Assembly (NCBI GenBank): GCA_950097015.1
Contig: CATNEN010000038.1
Location: 26,474,001 to 26,538,000 of the forward strand
Reading direction: 5' to 3'
From: Macrostomum hystrix
Lineage: Eukaryota; Animalia; Platyhelminthes
DNA: 64,000 bases
Shown here: piece after piece, positions 27,574 through 40,200 of the stretch
Layout of the letters: each line of letters starts with the position of its first letter
How positions within the stretch are numbered: position 1 is the first letter of the stretch
Notes under the pieces: model-generated
Told to the model about the DNA's origin: nothing
Database searches by the model: none
The model's input: the letters and a program-made list of their open reading frames with translations, nothing else
Position numbers and translations under genes: made by a program

Positions 27574-28347
27574 GGCTCTACAATCAGTATAATTGCCTTA
27601 AAGCTATGGTGTAAATAAGAAATTTCTTTTTAACATCTACATCTAAATTAACACAAAATACTTGCACTCACACCATTCAATATATGGATAATTCAGGTCT
27701 ATAATTGTAGTACCTGTCTTTTGAATAAATTGCATACAATTATAAGCTTCTATTTATATTTTGTGACAAGTAGCCCAAATATACTCAATTCTGTCAAAAC
27801 AAACAAAATGCTGTCCCCTAAGTCGCTAAGAGTTCATACTGACAAATGAGGGAACTAAGGGAGATAATAAAACACATAACAGACATAAAATGTATTTTTC
27901 AATTTTGATGAATTAGACATTGAAGTAGGCCTATGCCTAGCTCTCAAGACTGAGAGTAAAGAATGTTCTTAACAAAATTATCATCTTGATACTGGAAAGC
28001 ATTATAATTTCAACTAGTTTGAAACTGTTCATAAAAATTAAACATCATACACCAAAGAATACCCTGCCAGAAACAAATAAACTAGCTTTGCTAAACTAAA
28101 TCCATCTGTGATTAGGCATATATATGTATAAATGTATAAATGATAGAATTTCGAAAATGGAATAAAGCAAGAAGCAACTTGACAGCTTCACTTTTACTGC
28201 ACAGACAGACTCGATAAATTTTTAAGAAGTTGCTTTATAATAGGTGCTACACGTTTTTTAGTTCAGGGTAACGTCGAGTTTTTTATGGATGTGTCGACTT
28301 AATTTAATGTAAATAGCCTACTTCTAAAATTAAAGGTGTTTAGCTAC

Positions 28348-28467
28348 GGGTGCATTCAAGTAGCTTAAAATCAAATAAAATGAACTTACTGCAGCTAACA
28401 AGTGCAGTTTTGACAGCAGTTTAAGTTCATTCTAAGTTACTTTAAGTTAAGCTACTCGAACGCACCC
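28348..28467. mobile_element. 120-bp MITE, PIF/Harbinger-like
   Basis: GGGTGCATTCAAGTAGCTTA / TAAGCTACTCGAACGCACCC inverted ends, flanks TAC/TAA. Confidence 0.6.
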
Positions 28468-29368
28468 TAAATTAATTGGATTTCAATAAATGTGTTCATA
28501 ACACACAAAGGTAGTCACTTCTGTAAAAAGACACACATTAGAAAATATTATGTTAGTACTTATCACTTCTTATACGTTCGCTATTTATAATATTAATAGA
28601 AACCTAACTTTCGTCTATAAATTTAGTTTTACTGCAGAAAAAATATACGAAATTATGCATCGAAGTAAAATATAATATAAGGCGCGATTTATCGTGCTAA
28701 TCAATGTGCGCTTAAAGCTTTACTTGAGGCTGTACGAAAGAATGGGAATTTAAAACCGAATTGTAAAAAAGTTTCCTGTACATTGCAACTGCTGATAAAA
28801 TAGCTGCAGCGTTTCACTTAAGTTTATCAATATATAATATATATGGCCTTAAATGAAATGTATTTCTTCAATTAAGTTTTAAGTTGAAGTTGAGTGCAGA
28901 TAAGTTTTCACTTAACTCATCTGTGTAAAAAGGGTCATTCATGAGTTTGATTATAACTGTAGTGTGAGAGTCTTTTTAGCCTAATAGTGATTTGTTAAAT
29001 AAATCTAGGTTAGCCTTTGTTTTTTATGATATTTTTGAATTTGCATATAGTTTTAAAAGTTTTCTAGTTAGGTTATAGAGTACCAACGTATCATTGTTAT
29101 TGTAGTGTATGCGCACCCATCAATTCATCATTAAAACTCAGCTTAGCGGTCCGAGCCAGCCAGGCGAGCCTCCTATTTTACCCCTAGAGCGAAGCGGCAC
29201 ATTTGTAAGCGTGTGATTTAACCGTGCATATATTCCTGCTCTTGATTCCCCTGCCCGACCGAAGAAGTTTCGCAGACGAAACTTTTTGTAGTGTCGGCAT
29301 GTTTATTTTATAATGCGTATATTTCTACTTGAAGTAACATTTTCGCGCACTCAACATTAATGAATTAT

Positions 29369-30845
29369 TGTAACAGGGTTGTTTTTGTACATGCGCGCCA
29401 GCCAGGCCTACGCACGCGATCGGCCGGTCACCCTAGCCAAGGCGTTGGACTAACCCCGGTCTGGTGGGCCCAGCCAATAGGAGGACGGCTAGCCAATTTG
29501 ATGCGACCGACTTAAGCGTGATACCCCGGGCCGGGCCAATCAGCAGTCAGTTCGCTAACCGGCAGGGTCGACCTGGCAGGAGAACAAGCGGCGCGGCCGG
29601 CACCCAGGCTTTGATGAGGGTTGGGGCGGGCGCTTGACTATAAAACTGACTATTGCGTTGTCATTTTGATTCATCGTCGTGTGTCCTATACCGTGTGTAT
29701 CATCGTCGTGTTTCTTTTCGCGTGCATTTTCGTGCGTCTTCGTTGCAATCGTTGTAACGCATCCTAGTAATAGATACCGGGACAGGTAAGCCGGTCCAAC
29801 TAGTTAGCCAAAGAAAACCCCACACTCAATCCCACGTCAGCTTGCTTGGCTTGCGCTGAGCTCGGTACGTCTGGCCAACTGCTGACGGAGTGTTAGACAG
29901 GGATTGGCAAGCACGGAAGTACTCTCCATATCGCCGACAATCATCGGTGGGACGCCGTCAAATTGACATTAGGTGTGGCACGATAGAACTATCGTTGTGC
30001 CATAGTGCGGAAGTGCTTGCTGGTCGCCTCGGTTCAGACTAAGGACTTTGGGTTAGGTTGTATTATTTGTCTTGTTTTGTCATAGGGACTATGCTTTTGT
30101 ATAGGCGTTAATTGTCGCGTTATTTTCGTGAGTTCTTGTTGTGTCCAGAGTATTTTCGAGTAGAGTTCGCGTGTTCTTGTGTTGAGGCTACCGAGATTTT
30201 ATTAGTAATTTACCAGTGCGGGTTGTGAGCCTAATATTTAATCAAGTACAGTACCTGGCAGGGGACGGAAAGAGCGCTGCCAGGGGAATTAATCATCCAT
30301 AGCCTTCTCTTGTTGATTAACTAACACTTAATTATCAGCTGTTTAGCTTGGAATCCTGAACCGTCTTGTCTTCGTTATTTTCGAGTCACGGCAATAGAGT
30401 CTCTCGCAAAGAGTAGGACACCCGACCTCATTTAGGGATCTCAACGCAAAGAGAGACCTAAGTCAAAATATCACATTTTAATCGGTGCTGGTCGTCTAGA
30501 GCATTGTCAGCGAGCGCGGTCTCGATAGGCACCGGGTGGTTCTGTTAAGTACGCGACCTCGACCCCGTCGAGGATCTCGCCGTTTGGCAAAAGAGAGGTT
30601 ATAGGATTTGTCAGACCCTCGCAGAAATCGCAGACCATTGGTGGCTGATCAATTGCAGAGTAGGCATATTCGAATAGTCGAATTTGTATTAATTTTCCAT
30701 ATTGTGTAAATCACCTAAAAACTTAAATTTAAATAGTAAACGCGGGTTTAAAAGTGAAAGACTTAACAGTAGGACTACCAGCCCTTTTGCCGCCCGTTTT
30801 TACACCAAGGGTATAGAATTCCCCTGAACACTTTTGGCAGCGCCT
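29369..30845 (+). mobile_element. Possible LTR with promoter (TG..CA ends, PBS-like TGGCAGCG)
   Basis: GC-rich block starting TGTAACAGGG and ending CCCCTGAACA, followed by TTTTGGCAGCGCC; contains CCAAT boxes, a GC box and TATA. No second copy in the window. Confidence 0.35.
29470..29790 (+). promoter_or_regulatory. Pol II promoter-like cluster: CCAAT x3, GGGGCGGG, TATAAAA, then splice donor CAGGTAAG
   Basis: CCAAT at ~29474, 29493 and 29536; GC box ~29623; TATAAAA at 29639; CAG/GTAAG at ~29783-29790. Confidence 0.5.
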
Positions 30846-31931
30846 GAATTCTGATTGGTTGACAGACTAGACGATGATGTACTATGGTTGAACTGCGCCT
30901 AGAAATTAGGCTTAATAATTAATCAGTAAAATTGGATAAATTCCCATCAACGTGTCCATATATAGTGGCCTAGTTCCCCTTGTTGTAGCGTTTGAAGGTC
31001 CAGCCAATCCGACTTGATAAAGGTAGGTGACCACCGAAGACGAAGATGATGCAGGCACATTCGAATGGCATGCTGATCAATTTTGAAGGCCTGGCAAGGC
31101 CACACTGAGGCGCAGTGCTAATTTGTGTATATGTTTATATGAAGTACTCGTAGACTAGCTTTTATAGAAAAAATCAGACCTTCGGCCAGAAACACTGAAT
31201 ATCTCGACGGTCTGAAGAGCTGGCGACTTGATTCTTGTTTCAGAAGATGCGCAAAAAAAGTGTTCTTGAGTTTCATGTGCTTTAAATTAGCTTGATCATA
31301 CAGATATTTGATGACAATATAAAATTAATCAGAGTAAAGTAACAGACTATTATAGTCAGTCTATGAATTGACCAATCAAGCAATTTCGCGAAATTCGCAG
31401 TTACTAACAAGAACAGCAAAAACTTCAAACCAAAATAAATGCAAAATTTTATCCATGTAAAACAAAAGAAATCGAAAGATATAGAGTTCCTAATTATAGA
31501 ATTAGACACTTTTTTACTATATAGTAATTCCCAAATCAAAAGGCAATTTAGTAAGGATCGTTACCTAATTGGTAACTATAGTAACGAGTGACGCGCCCAA
31601 CACTGATATTACACCAGAATAAGTGACAAACAATACTTCAACTTCTGAATGTTATGAATGCTAGCTGATAGCAATGCGGTCTCGTACAGGCAGGTTTTAT
31701 TAAAGTGTTTTTTTGCTTAATTTATCTCTACAATCATATGGGGTGGCCAAGTTTTTAAACAGTTGTGACGAATTTCGTAGCGGTTGCTGAACATACTTGA
31801 ACAACTAATTATAGAAAGAGAAGAGCAGATAAGGATATACTTGCTTTTTAGTTTTTCTAAATCATTCGAGTACAATATTATAAATACTTAAACCGATTTG
31901 AAATTCAAACTTGTGTTCAAACTTGTGTAGA

Positions 31932-34155
31932 ATGAGCATATTTCGCAGACTAAGAAAACTTCTCATAGTAGTATTGATTTGCTGTGCATTCTCAGTTTTA
32001 GTTGGCTACAGAAACCTATTTGCGTCGGATCAAAGCTGGCTTCGGAAATCTGGAGCTAGATCATGTAAATTACGATAAGCTGTTTTATTTAGGTGCGGGT
32101 CCTAAACAAAACATTCAACATCCATTGCTACGTTTTCTTGTACGAATTGAATAAAGCAATAGAGTTAAAACAGGTCATATATAGGCACAATTAATATCTC
32201 ATAAAATATACGGCAACTCAGCCGCACACCAACGATCCTCACATGCAGATCCTACAGAAGCGATTCAACCATCAAACCTATGGAATGCTCGAATAACAAC
32301 GGAAGGCAAGAAGGAAGCCACAAATGAAACCACAACAGCAACTGGAGCGGAATCCACAAAGCTACGGAATACGGAAAAGACAAAGCTACGGAATGCGGAA
32401 ACCACCAAACCACAGAATTCAGAAGCCTCAAAGCTACAGAATGCGGAAACCACAAAGCTACTGAATGCGGAAACCACAAAGCTACTGAATGCGGAAACCA
32501 CAAAGCTACTGAATGCGGAAACCACAAAGCTACTGAATGCGGAAACCACAAAGCTACTGAATGCGGAAACCACAAAGCTACGGAATGCGGAAACCACAAA
32601 GCTACTGAATGCGGAAACCACAAAGCTACGGAATGCGGAAGCCACAAAGCTACTGAATGCGGAAACCACAAAGCTACGGAATGTGGAAACCACAAAGCTA
32701 CTGAATGCGGAAACCACAAAGCTACGGAATGCGGAAACCACAAAGCTACTGAATGCGGAAACCACAAAGCTACTGAATGCGGAAACCACAAAGCTACTGA
32801 ATGCGGAAACCACAAAGCTACTGAATGCGGAAACCACAAAGCTACTGAATGCGGAAACCACAAAGCTACTGAATGCGGAAACCACAAAGCTACGGAATGC
32901 GGAAACCACAAAGCTACGGAATGCGGAAACCACCAAACCACAGAATTCAGAAGCCTCAAAGCTATGGAATGCGGAAACCACCAAAACAAAGAGTTCAGAA
33001 GCCTCAAAGCTACGGAATGCGGAAACCACCAAACCACAGAATTCAGAAGCCTCAAAGCTACGGAGTGCGGAAACCACCAAAACAAAGAGTTCAGAAGCCT
33101 CAAAGCTACGGAATGCGGAAACCACCAAACCACCGAATTTACCAACAATAATTTATCCGCCAATCCGACCGATCGATACGGAATTTCTAGACTCGAACTT
33201 CGCGAAGCTGAAGGAAATCTTGCATAATCAGAGACGGCTAACCGGTCATTGGAATCGAGTGGACGAACTGATGAAGGCCAGGCGTCCTATCATGAATGCG
33301 AGCTCGTGGAGCCTGCGGTCGCCATCCGGGCACGTCTACTCGCACGAGGAGCTGCTGGCGATTGGCAATGGCGACGGTCGGCTGGCAGTGCCCAACGTGG
33401 CCCACTTTGTGCTGCCGTTTGGCAACCCGGAGCTGCAGTTTCATCACAGCGTCTGCATCCTCAGCTGCGTGTGGATCATGCGGCCTGCCCTACTGTTCCT
33501 GTGGTACTCCAGGCTGCCAACTGGACCGCACTGGCTCCAGCTGCAGCGGAACCTCACCGCTGCCGGACTGTGGAACTCCACCGTGGTGCTCGCCCACCGA
33601 AGTGTCCCGTCGGACATCTACGGCCTGCCGGTGTACAAGCTCGAGCACAAGTCAGACCTTATGCGCCTAGAAGCGGTGCTAGCATTCGGCGGCGCCTACT
33701 TCGACTTGGACGTCATCACGCTGAAGCCGCTGACGCCGCTGCGCCAATTCAACTTCACCATCGGGCGACAGTCGGCCGACGGACTGTGCAACGGCGTCTT
33801 CTTGGGCGCGCCGAACAGCACATTCTTGGCGCTGTGGCACCTGGCCTATCAGGTGTTCGACCACAATAGATGGTCAGCCCTATCAGTGAATCTGCCGCAC
33901 TACATGTGCTCAGCGACCGCCTTCAAACACCTGTGCCACTTGGAGGAGTACAGCATGGACAAGCCGAGCTGGAATGAGCACCCGGTCATCTACAAACCGG
34001 CCCAACGATGGCCGTGGCGAGAGAACAACTATGTGATGCACCTTTGGTACCGTTTTCATCCGGTCCAGTATAATTTGACCACGATTTGCACCGTAGATTC
34101 CATGCTAGGCGAAATGTTCCGATTTGTTCTGTTCGGAAATGCCACCCGCTGTTAG
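31932..34155 (+). CDS. Type II Golgi GT32 (DXD) glycosyltransferase, alpha-1,4-GlcNAc/Gal transferase-like, with tandem-repeat stem (exons 31932-32064, ~32222-34155)
   Basis: Signal-anchor exon MSIFRRLRKLLIVVLICCAFSVLVGY; catalytic VPNVAHFV, EHKSDLMRLEAVLAFGGAYFDLDVITLKPL, LCNGVFLG, HLW; stem of NAETTKLL repeats. The 32222 acceptor is inferred from phase. Confidence 0.85.
32350..33130 (+). repeat. Coding 24-bp (NAETTKLL/R) and 48-bp repeat
   Basis: About 30 in-frame units upstream of the GT32 domain. Confidence 0.93.
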
Positions 34156-37100
34156 TAAATACTATACTATTACATTCCAGCAGCATCAGCTAAAAAACTT
34201 CCATGTTACTATAAAACTTGCGCACCAGAAAAGTGGTGCTGTTTTAACAATTTGTTTTAATTTGTTCTGCTTTAATTTATTATTATTAATCTAATCTAGA
34301 CGTTCGAAAAAACATGGCCTTCTTTGGAACAGCCGAGCAATAGCTGCGTCTGCGTAGTTGTAATTTCTAGCTATCTATATGTCAAATTTGCAGCGATTCA
34401 CAACCCAATCATAATGCCGCTCAGTTTTGGGTGAAAATGTTTCGACTTTGAACAGATAGTAGCTCAGGCTGCTCATTTTGCAAATTTATTTTGGCACACG
34501 AATGTTTGTAGATGTCGGTAAATATAGTAACTGGTCTTATCAGCTGGAAGGACTTGGTAAAATTCCATTGCGGCCTGCGGCTAGTGCAGCGGTGTCGCGA
34601 TTCTTGCAATCTGGTGTTTTCTTGGAATGAGCTAACTCTTCAAATTATGCCCCAAGCTTTTGAAGGTTTTCACAACTGATCGGGACACACCAATCTATGC
34701 GATTTACATCTGAAAGCAGCTCAGTCAAGTTGAGTCCTCAACAGGGACATCGGAGCCGTTTCCTAGCTGCTGTCGGTGATATATCCGAGGTGTTTGTTGG
34801 CGAGCTCGGCGTGTTCCGCTGGTCTCTGGTGCTGGCTCCCGAGGTGGATGGGCTCTACGCGCGGCACCACTTCGCTCTAGCTGCGCTCTGCTGGCCGGTT
34901 GCCGCGATGGCTAGCTCCTCCATCGTCGGGACACCATGCCATATGCACTACAACATCGATGTAGTGAAACACTTCGGCGAGGCGACTATTTTCTTGCTTC
35001 TGGTAGTTAATCTTCGGCAAGATGCACATTAACTTGTGCCTAGCTCTCTGATGCGAGGACTTTTAAGTGGATTTGACGAAAAAACAAAAAAATAAATGTA
35101 AATTCGCAATGCGTCTTGTTTTAAAGATCCTAGCTGCACATATAAAAAAATTTAAAAAATTAAAAAGCTTTTTTAATTCAGAGGAGACTATAAAGAGACT
35201 ATAGACTATATAACAGCTGGAGTATTTTAGTCTCGTACTGGAAAACACAAAATCTAGATATTTGCAGAAGTAAATTACAGCTAGCTAATTGGTACACAGC
35301 TAGGATAACGCTACTATAATAAAATGAACAAATTAGCTAAAATGCATTTCAGCACATTAGTTTAAGAGCCATCAGTAGTTTATCTTTACTTTTAGTCTAT
35401 ACGACGCATAGTAATAGTAGCCTAACGACGTTACTTAATTTTGTCTAAATCTGCGTGACTGTGGGCTTGGGCATGCCCCTGTAGTACAGCATGGCGAAAT
35501 CGTTTCGCCAAGCATAGCATATAGCTTAGCTTGATGGAAAGATTGAATAGCAGTAGCTAGCATTTGGAAGCGCCACGCAATTACTACGGCAATGCCTGGC
35601 CACGGTTGGAAGATTGGGTTATGTGACTTTCTTCCGTTATGTGGCGTGACAATGTGTTTGTTGAAGCATCAATTGCATCAAAAGCATGAGCAAGTATCGT
35701 AGCAATTTAATAAAAAGCAACAAGATATGTATTTTTTAGTTTTTGCAAAACGATGGTCTTTAATGTTAAAAAAAGTTTATGTTACTTAGTAAAAACGTAG
35801 ATCAGGTTTGTTTAAAGTTGCATGTCTCTTATCTATTACGAAATAGCTGTTTTCCAAGAAACGATTTAGCAAAATAGAATTATATTATATATATATTTAT
35901 TAATTTATAAGACAGACTTTATCCAGGACCTCAGCATTACAGCTAATGTTTCAATGATGCGTTACTATTGTATCACAAATAATTAGATAAAGTAAATGCC
36001 TAAAATATTTGTCAAGCGTGAATTATTAACTTGTAATTATCCCCGCCTACAATAACTTTTGGCATTCTTTCGTTTTACGATCCCTGGCCATGATAGTTAA
36101 AGTGATGATTTGGGCTTTCGTTTTACGATCCCCCCAATAAAATCATCGAGAAATCATTTGGATCGTTTCAGCAGCAGCAATGGCTTAGGCTCGTAGGTCT
36201 CCTCGTTCATTCCACTTAATGAAATCGTTGGAAGATTCAGTAACTATGAAAATAGTAGATACTCTATATATTCGGCTTCGTCTTGCGACCCCCAACACAT
36301 AATTTTGTATGTGCCTAATAGGAGGTGATCGTGAAACAAAAGTGATGGGGTGACAATTCATTGCTCTAAGCAAATACTGCCTTACTTTGTTCCACCATTC
36401 AGGTCCCTGATGACAATTCGAGGAACCAGTGCCAAACTGTTCAATCTCTTGCACATTATTGTCATTGATTGACAGCTGGGGTCTGGGGCTGGTGTCTAGC
36501 TAGAGTCTAAGGTCAGCATTTACATGTAGCTATGTATTGTAATTTGCTATACCTCCAGGTTTGTTGGTACAAGACTATAGCTTTTGTTTTAAATTAAACA
36601 TTTAAGCTGACAGTACATGCAATTGATTAGGCATTTCTCACAGCCATGCCCTTAATTTGTAGCATTATAGGCATAACTAGTCATGTCAATAAGTAATAAT
36701 TTGTTAAGACAGTTATGTATAGTTTAGTATAGTTAAGCATTATACTTTATTTTAATTTATTTTAATTTCTCTATACAAATCTGATTCTTTTTTTATATAG
36801 GAAATGTTTTTATTTAGCTATTTTTTTAATTTAAATACTTGTGTCAGTTGTGAAATGATATTTGGTAATAGTCTATAATTGTTTATAATTTATGTGTGAG
36901 CTAAGTGTCTGCAGCCATAATTGTACTTGTCAGTACAAAGGACTTAGCTTCTCAAATTGAGGAGTGGTCAATGATTATCAAATCTTAATCAGAAATAATG
37001 TATCTTGAAAAAAAATTTCTTAGCTACTTCTAGTACTTTACACTACTCATAAATTAGTTTTTTTGACAAATGAATGGAACTATACCATCCTATTACTTTT

Positions 37101-37238
37101 TAATAGATAATCTTTTGTTGTGTACAAAGGCTATTAATATTTTTTGTTTGACTTTCTTGAAACTTAAAACTACTATAATATGTCTTTCTAAACTGTCTTT
37201 ATAAACTAAATCTTCCACAGCAAATTGGAAGTATTTCC

Positions 37239-40200
37239 ATGGACAGCGATCAAGAATATCTCACAGCAACTGATGTGCGGCACAGCCAGTGCAATAAAGC
37301 ATGCTGCGCTTTTGGCAGTGGAATAGGCTTTGGCATTGCCCTGGTCTGTGTGTCAATCACGGTTGCCATAGCATTTCCAATTGTGTTTCACAACCTAATC
37401 GCATCCATGCTACCAATTGCCAATGGCAGCATCACGTATGATGCCTGGTCGTCTCCCACAGCTACTACACCAGTGTACATGCAATTCTGGCTATTCAACT
37501 TGACTAACGGCGCTGAATTCCTTCGCGGCGACAAGCCGGCCGTAGATCAAATCGGACCATTCACTTATCAGGAGGAGCGTAGGAAGGGAAATATCACAAC
37601 CTACTCCAACTCTACCATCTCCTATAGGGAGTACAGATCGTTTCATTTTCGCCTGGACATGTCTTGTTGTCCGGAGGAAAGCCAAATGTCCGTAGTCAAC
37701 TTGGCCTACTTCACAGTTACTAATCTGCTTCGTTACCGGGGCAAGCTGCTTCAGACATTAGCCGAAGATTTATTTAAAGCTACAAAAAATCCGCCGATCA
37801 TTCAACGGACCGTTAAAGAGATTCTATGGGGCTACGAGGATCCTACATTGAAATTCGGATCGGATTTAGCGAAAATTGTCGGCTTTAAATTGAACCCAAG
37901 TGTTGGATTGTTCTATGGCAAAAACGGCTCAGACGATGGGCAGTACTTGATTTTTACTGGTCAGGTGAGTTAACGAAAGTTAAGTTAAGTTAACGAATTT
38001 TTTTAATCTGGTTGCTTATTTTTGGACGTTCAATTTGCTTTTTTCAGTATAGAAATCTGTTGTCTATGGTTGAAACAGTCTGTAATTCTTTAATTGTAGC
38101 TGACGCTACTTATCAATTGGATCGTTACTTATGCGTGTTAAATTATTCTCTGTTAAGGTTGCCTTTTTATTTCTAATTTAAGAGCTGAAACGAGAGAACA
38201 AACCAGTACAGTATTATCTATGGGACAGATAGTACAATAAAATAGCGTTGGGGGAGAATAACTATAGACTTAAACTAAATAATAATAGTTAGTAGAGACA
38301 ACTGCTAAAAAGTCATTTAACTGTACCCTGAGCAATCGGATTTCATGTAGTCTCTGGTCTAGAACGCCCCGTTGTCTGTGCGCTCGGCTTCGCTTCGGCC
38401 AAAATTTAATTCAATTGGGGGAGTTTATATTGAACGTTGTTTCTTCAGTCCTGAATGATATCAGGAAATCCTCATTTTCAACATGCGATGCCACCACCTT
38501 ATTGTGACGGATGAACTGTGAACTAATTACCTGCGATATCATGCAAGGTCAATTATCTGTGGTACCAACGTACTTTGGTACCACATTTGGTACAGTGCTG
38601 CATTATCACTGGCCTTGAAGACAAATGGAGCTTGTCTTTGTAAGAAAATATTCGTGCTATACTGCATTACACTCTGCGAGGTTGGATTATCTAGTCATTT
38701 TACAATCGATATGGACTGCTGTCCAGTCTCGACCAATCACAATAGAGGCTTATTTGTATTTTTTACGCATTGGCCCATTAAATTTGTGAAGATAAGTGAG
38801 CACGACACTACTCAGGGAACGGTCTACAGACCACAGCTTAACAAAAAAACTCACCACTTTACTTTAAGGTTTATTTTCTACAGAGTTTTTTTTTAGTTTT
38901 ATCATTATCAACTTGAGCGATGAGCCCTGGTAAGTACAATAACTCCTAGCTAGTATTGAGCATGACAGTTCAGTACCTAGTATTTTCTTCAACTTTTGCT
39001 TTAGCTCGAAATCTTCTAGCAGTGCTGCTGCCACTGCTGAGCTCGCTGACTGTCTGCCTGTGCAGGTCCGGAGACACCTGGACTCAGGTGCAGGTGCAGT
39101 GCTTGACCAATGCCACCCCAGTCCACAGCACCAGAGCATTCACTGAGCAGCACTGCTCAATGCTGGCCTCTGATGCATTCCCGTCTGGAATTCTGGTTGC
39201 CCAGTTCAGAGCGGCCTCTCTCCAGTGTGCTCTCTTCCGCTACCAGTCCGTGTGTCGCCAGCTTCTCTCCGGTGTGAGCAGCGACTGCCGAGTGCTCATC
39301 CGATTCCCCATCAGCTATCCGAGCAAGCTCAGCTCGAAGCTCACAAACGTGTGGCTTGGAGACGACATGACCAGATTGGAGAATGTGCTGTGCCAGGCTG
39401 ACGAAGAGACGAACCGCTTCTATCCGATCGGCGTCAAGTGGACAGAGGACGGCGCCGCGTTCGATGGGAGCAGCTCGTACTTGGCGCTGAACAAGAGCGA
39501 CATCGCGTTCGGCTCCGGCGTCACCGTGCTGCTGCGGATGAAGAGAACGCCTCAGGTGCAGCCACTTCTTGAGTTTCTGGACTGCTCAGATTTTGAGACC
39601 GGACGCTACTTTGATCAGTTCTGGGAGTATAGCACGGCCTCTAAATTTTATGTCTGTGTGAAGACCCTAGCTGGAGTCTCGCCAATAGTCTACCAGACTA
39701 ACACTGCCCCAATGTCTTCTGGCTCCAACGAATGGATCAACTATGGCTTTACGTCCAACCTGACTGGTAGCGATTGGGGCCTGTTTTTGAACGGCGATTT
39801 CTTGCCCACTAGCAACGTCTCGCATCCTGCGGCTTCCGACTACAAACTGCTGCCGCGGAAATGCTTCAGATTTGGCAAGCGGCTCAACCATTCGACAACC
39901 ATTCAACCATTCCATTAAACTCCATGTTTAATGGAGTTCTGCGAGCCATCGCAATAGCTGACTGGTTCCTGACTGGTAACGAGATACGCGAATTTTTCAA
40001 TCAGATTCCGTAAACTGAAACTGCATTTGAAGTTCGTCTAAAATCGAATAATCGAAACTTCACGCCGTTGGAAAAGACTGGAACAAAAAAAACGAAAAAA
40101 ACGTCGAAAGAAACAATATTTTAAAACATTGCTGAGAAAAAATATGCAACGAAAAAAACGACCTGTGTTTGCACGAGGCTTTCACAGCTAACTTGATGCA

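Noticed and set aside
32252-33163. Antisense ORFs WFPHSVAL / VVSAFSSF
   Set aside because: Shadow frames of the coding 24-bp stem repeat of the glycosyltransferase.
34697-35032. GC-rich 111-aa ORF (and 36185-36454)
   Set aside because: No recognisable motif or splice-consistent model; possibly decayed TE sequence, but this cannot be supported.
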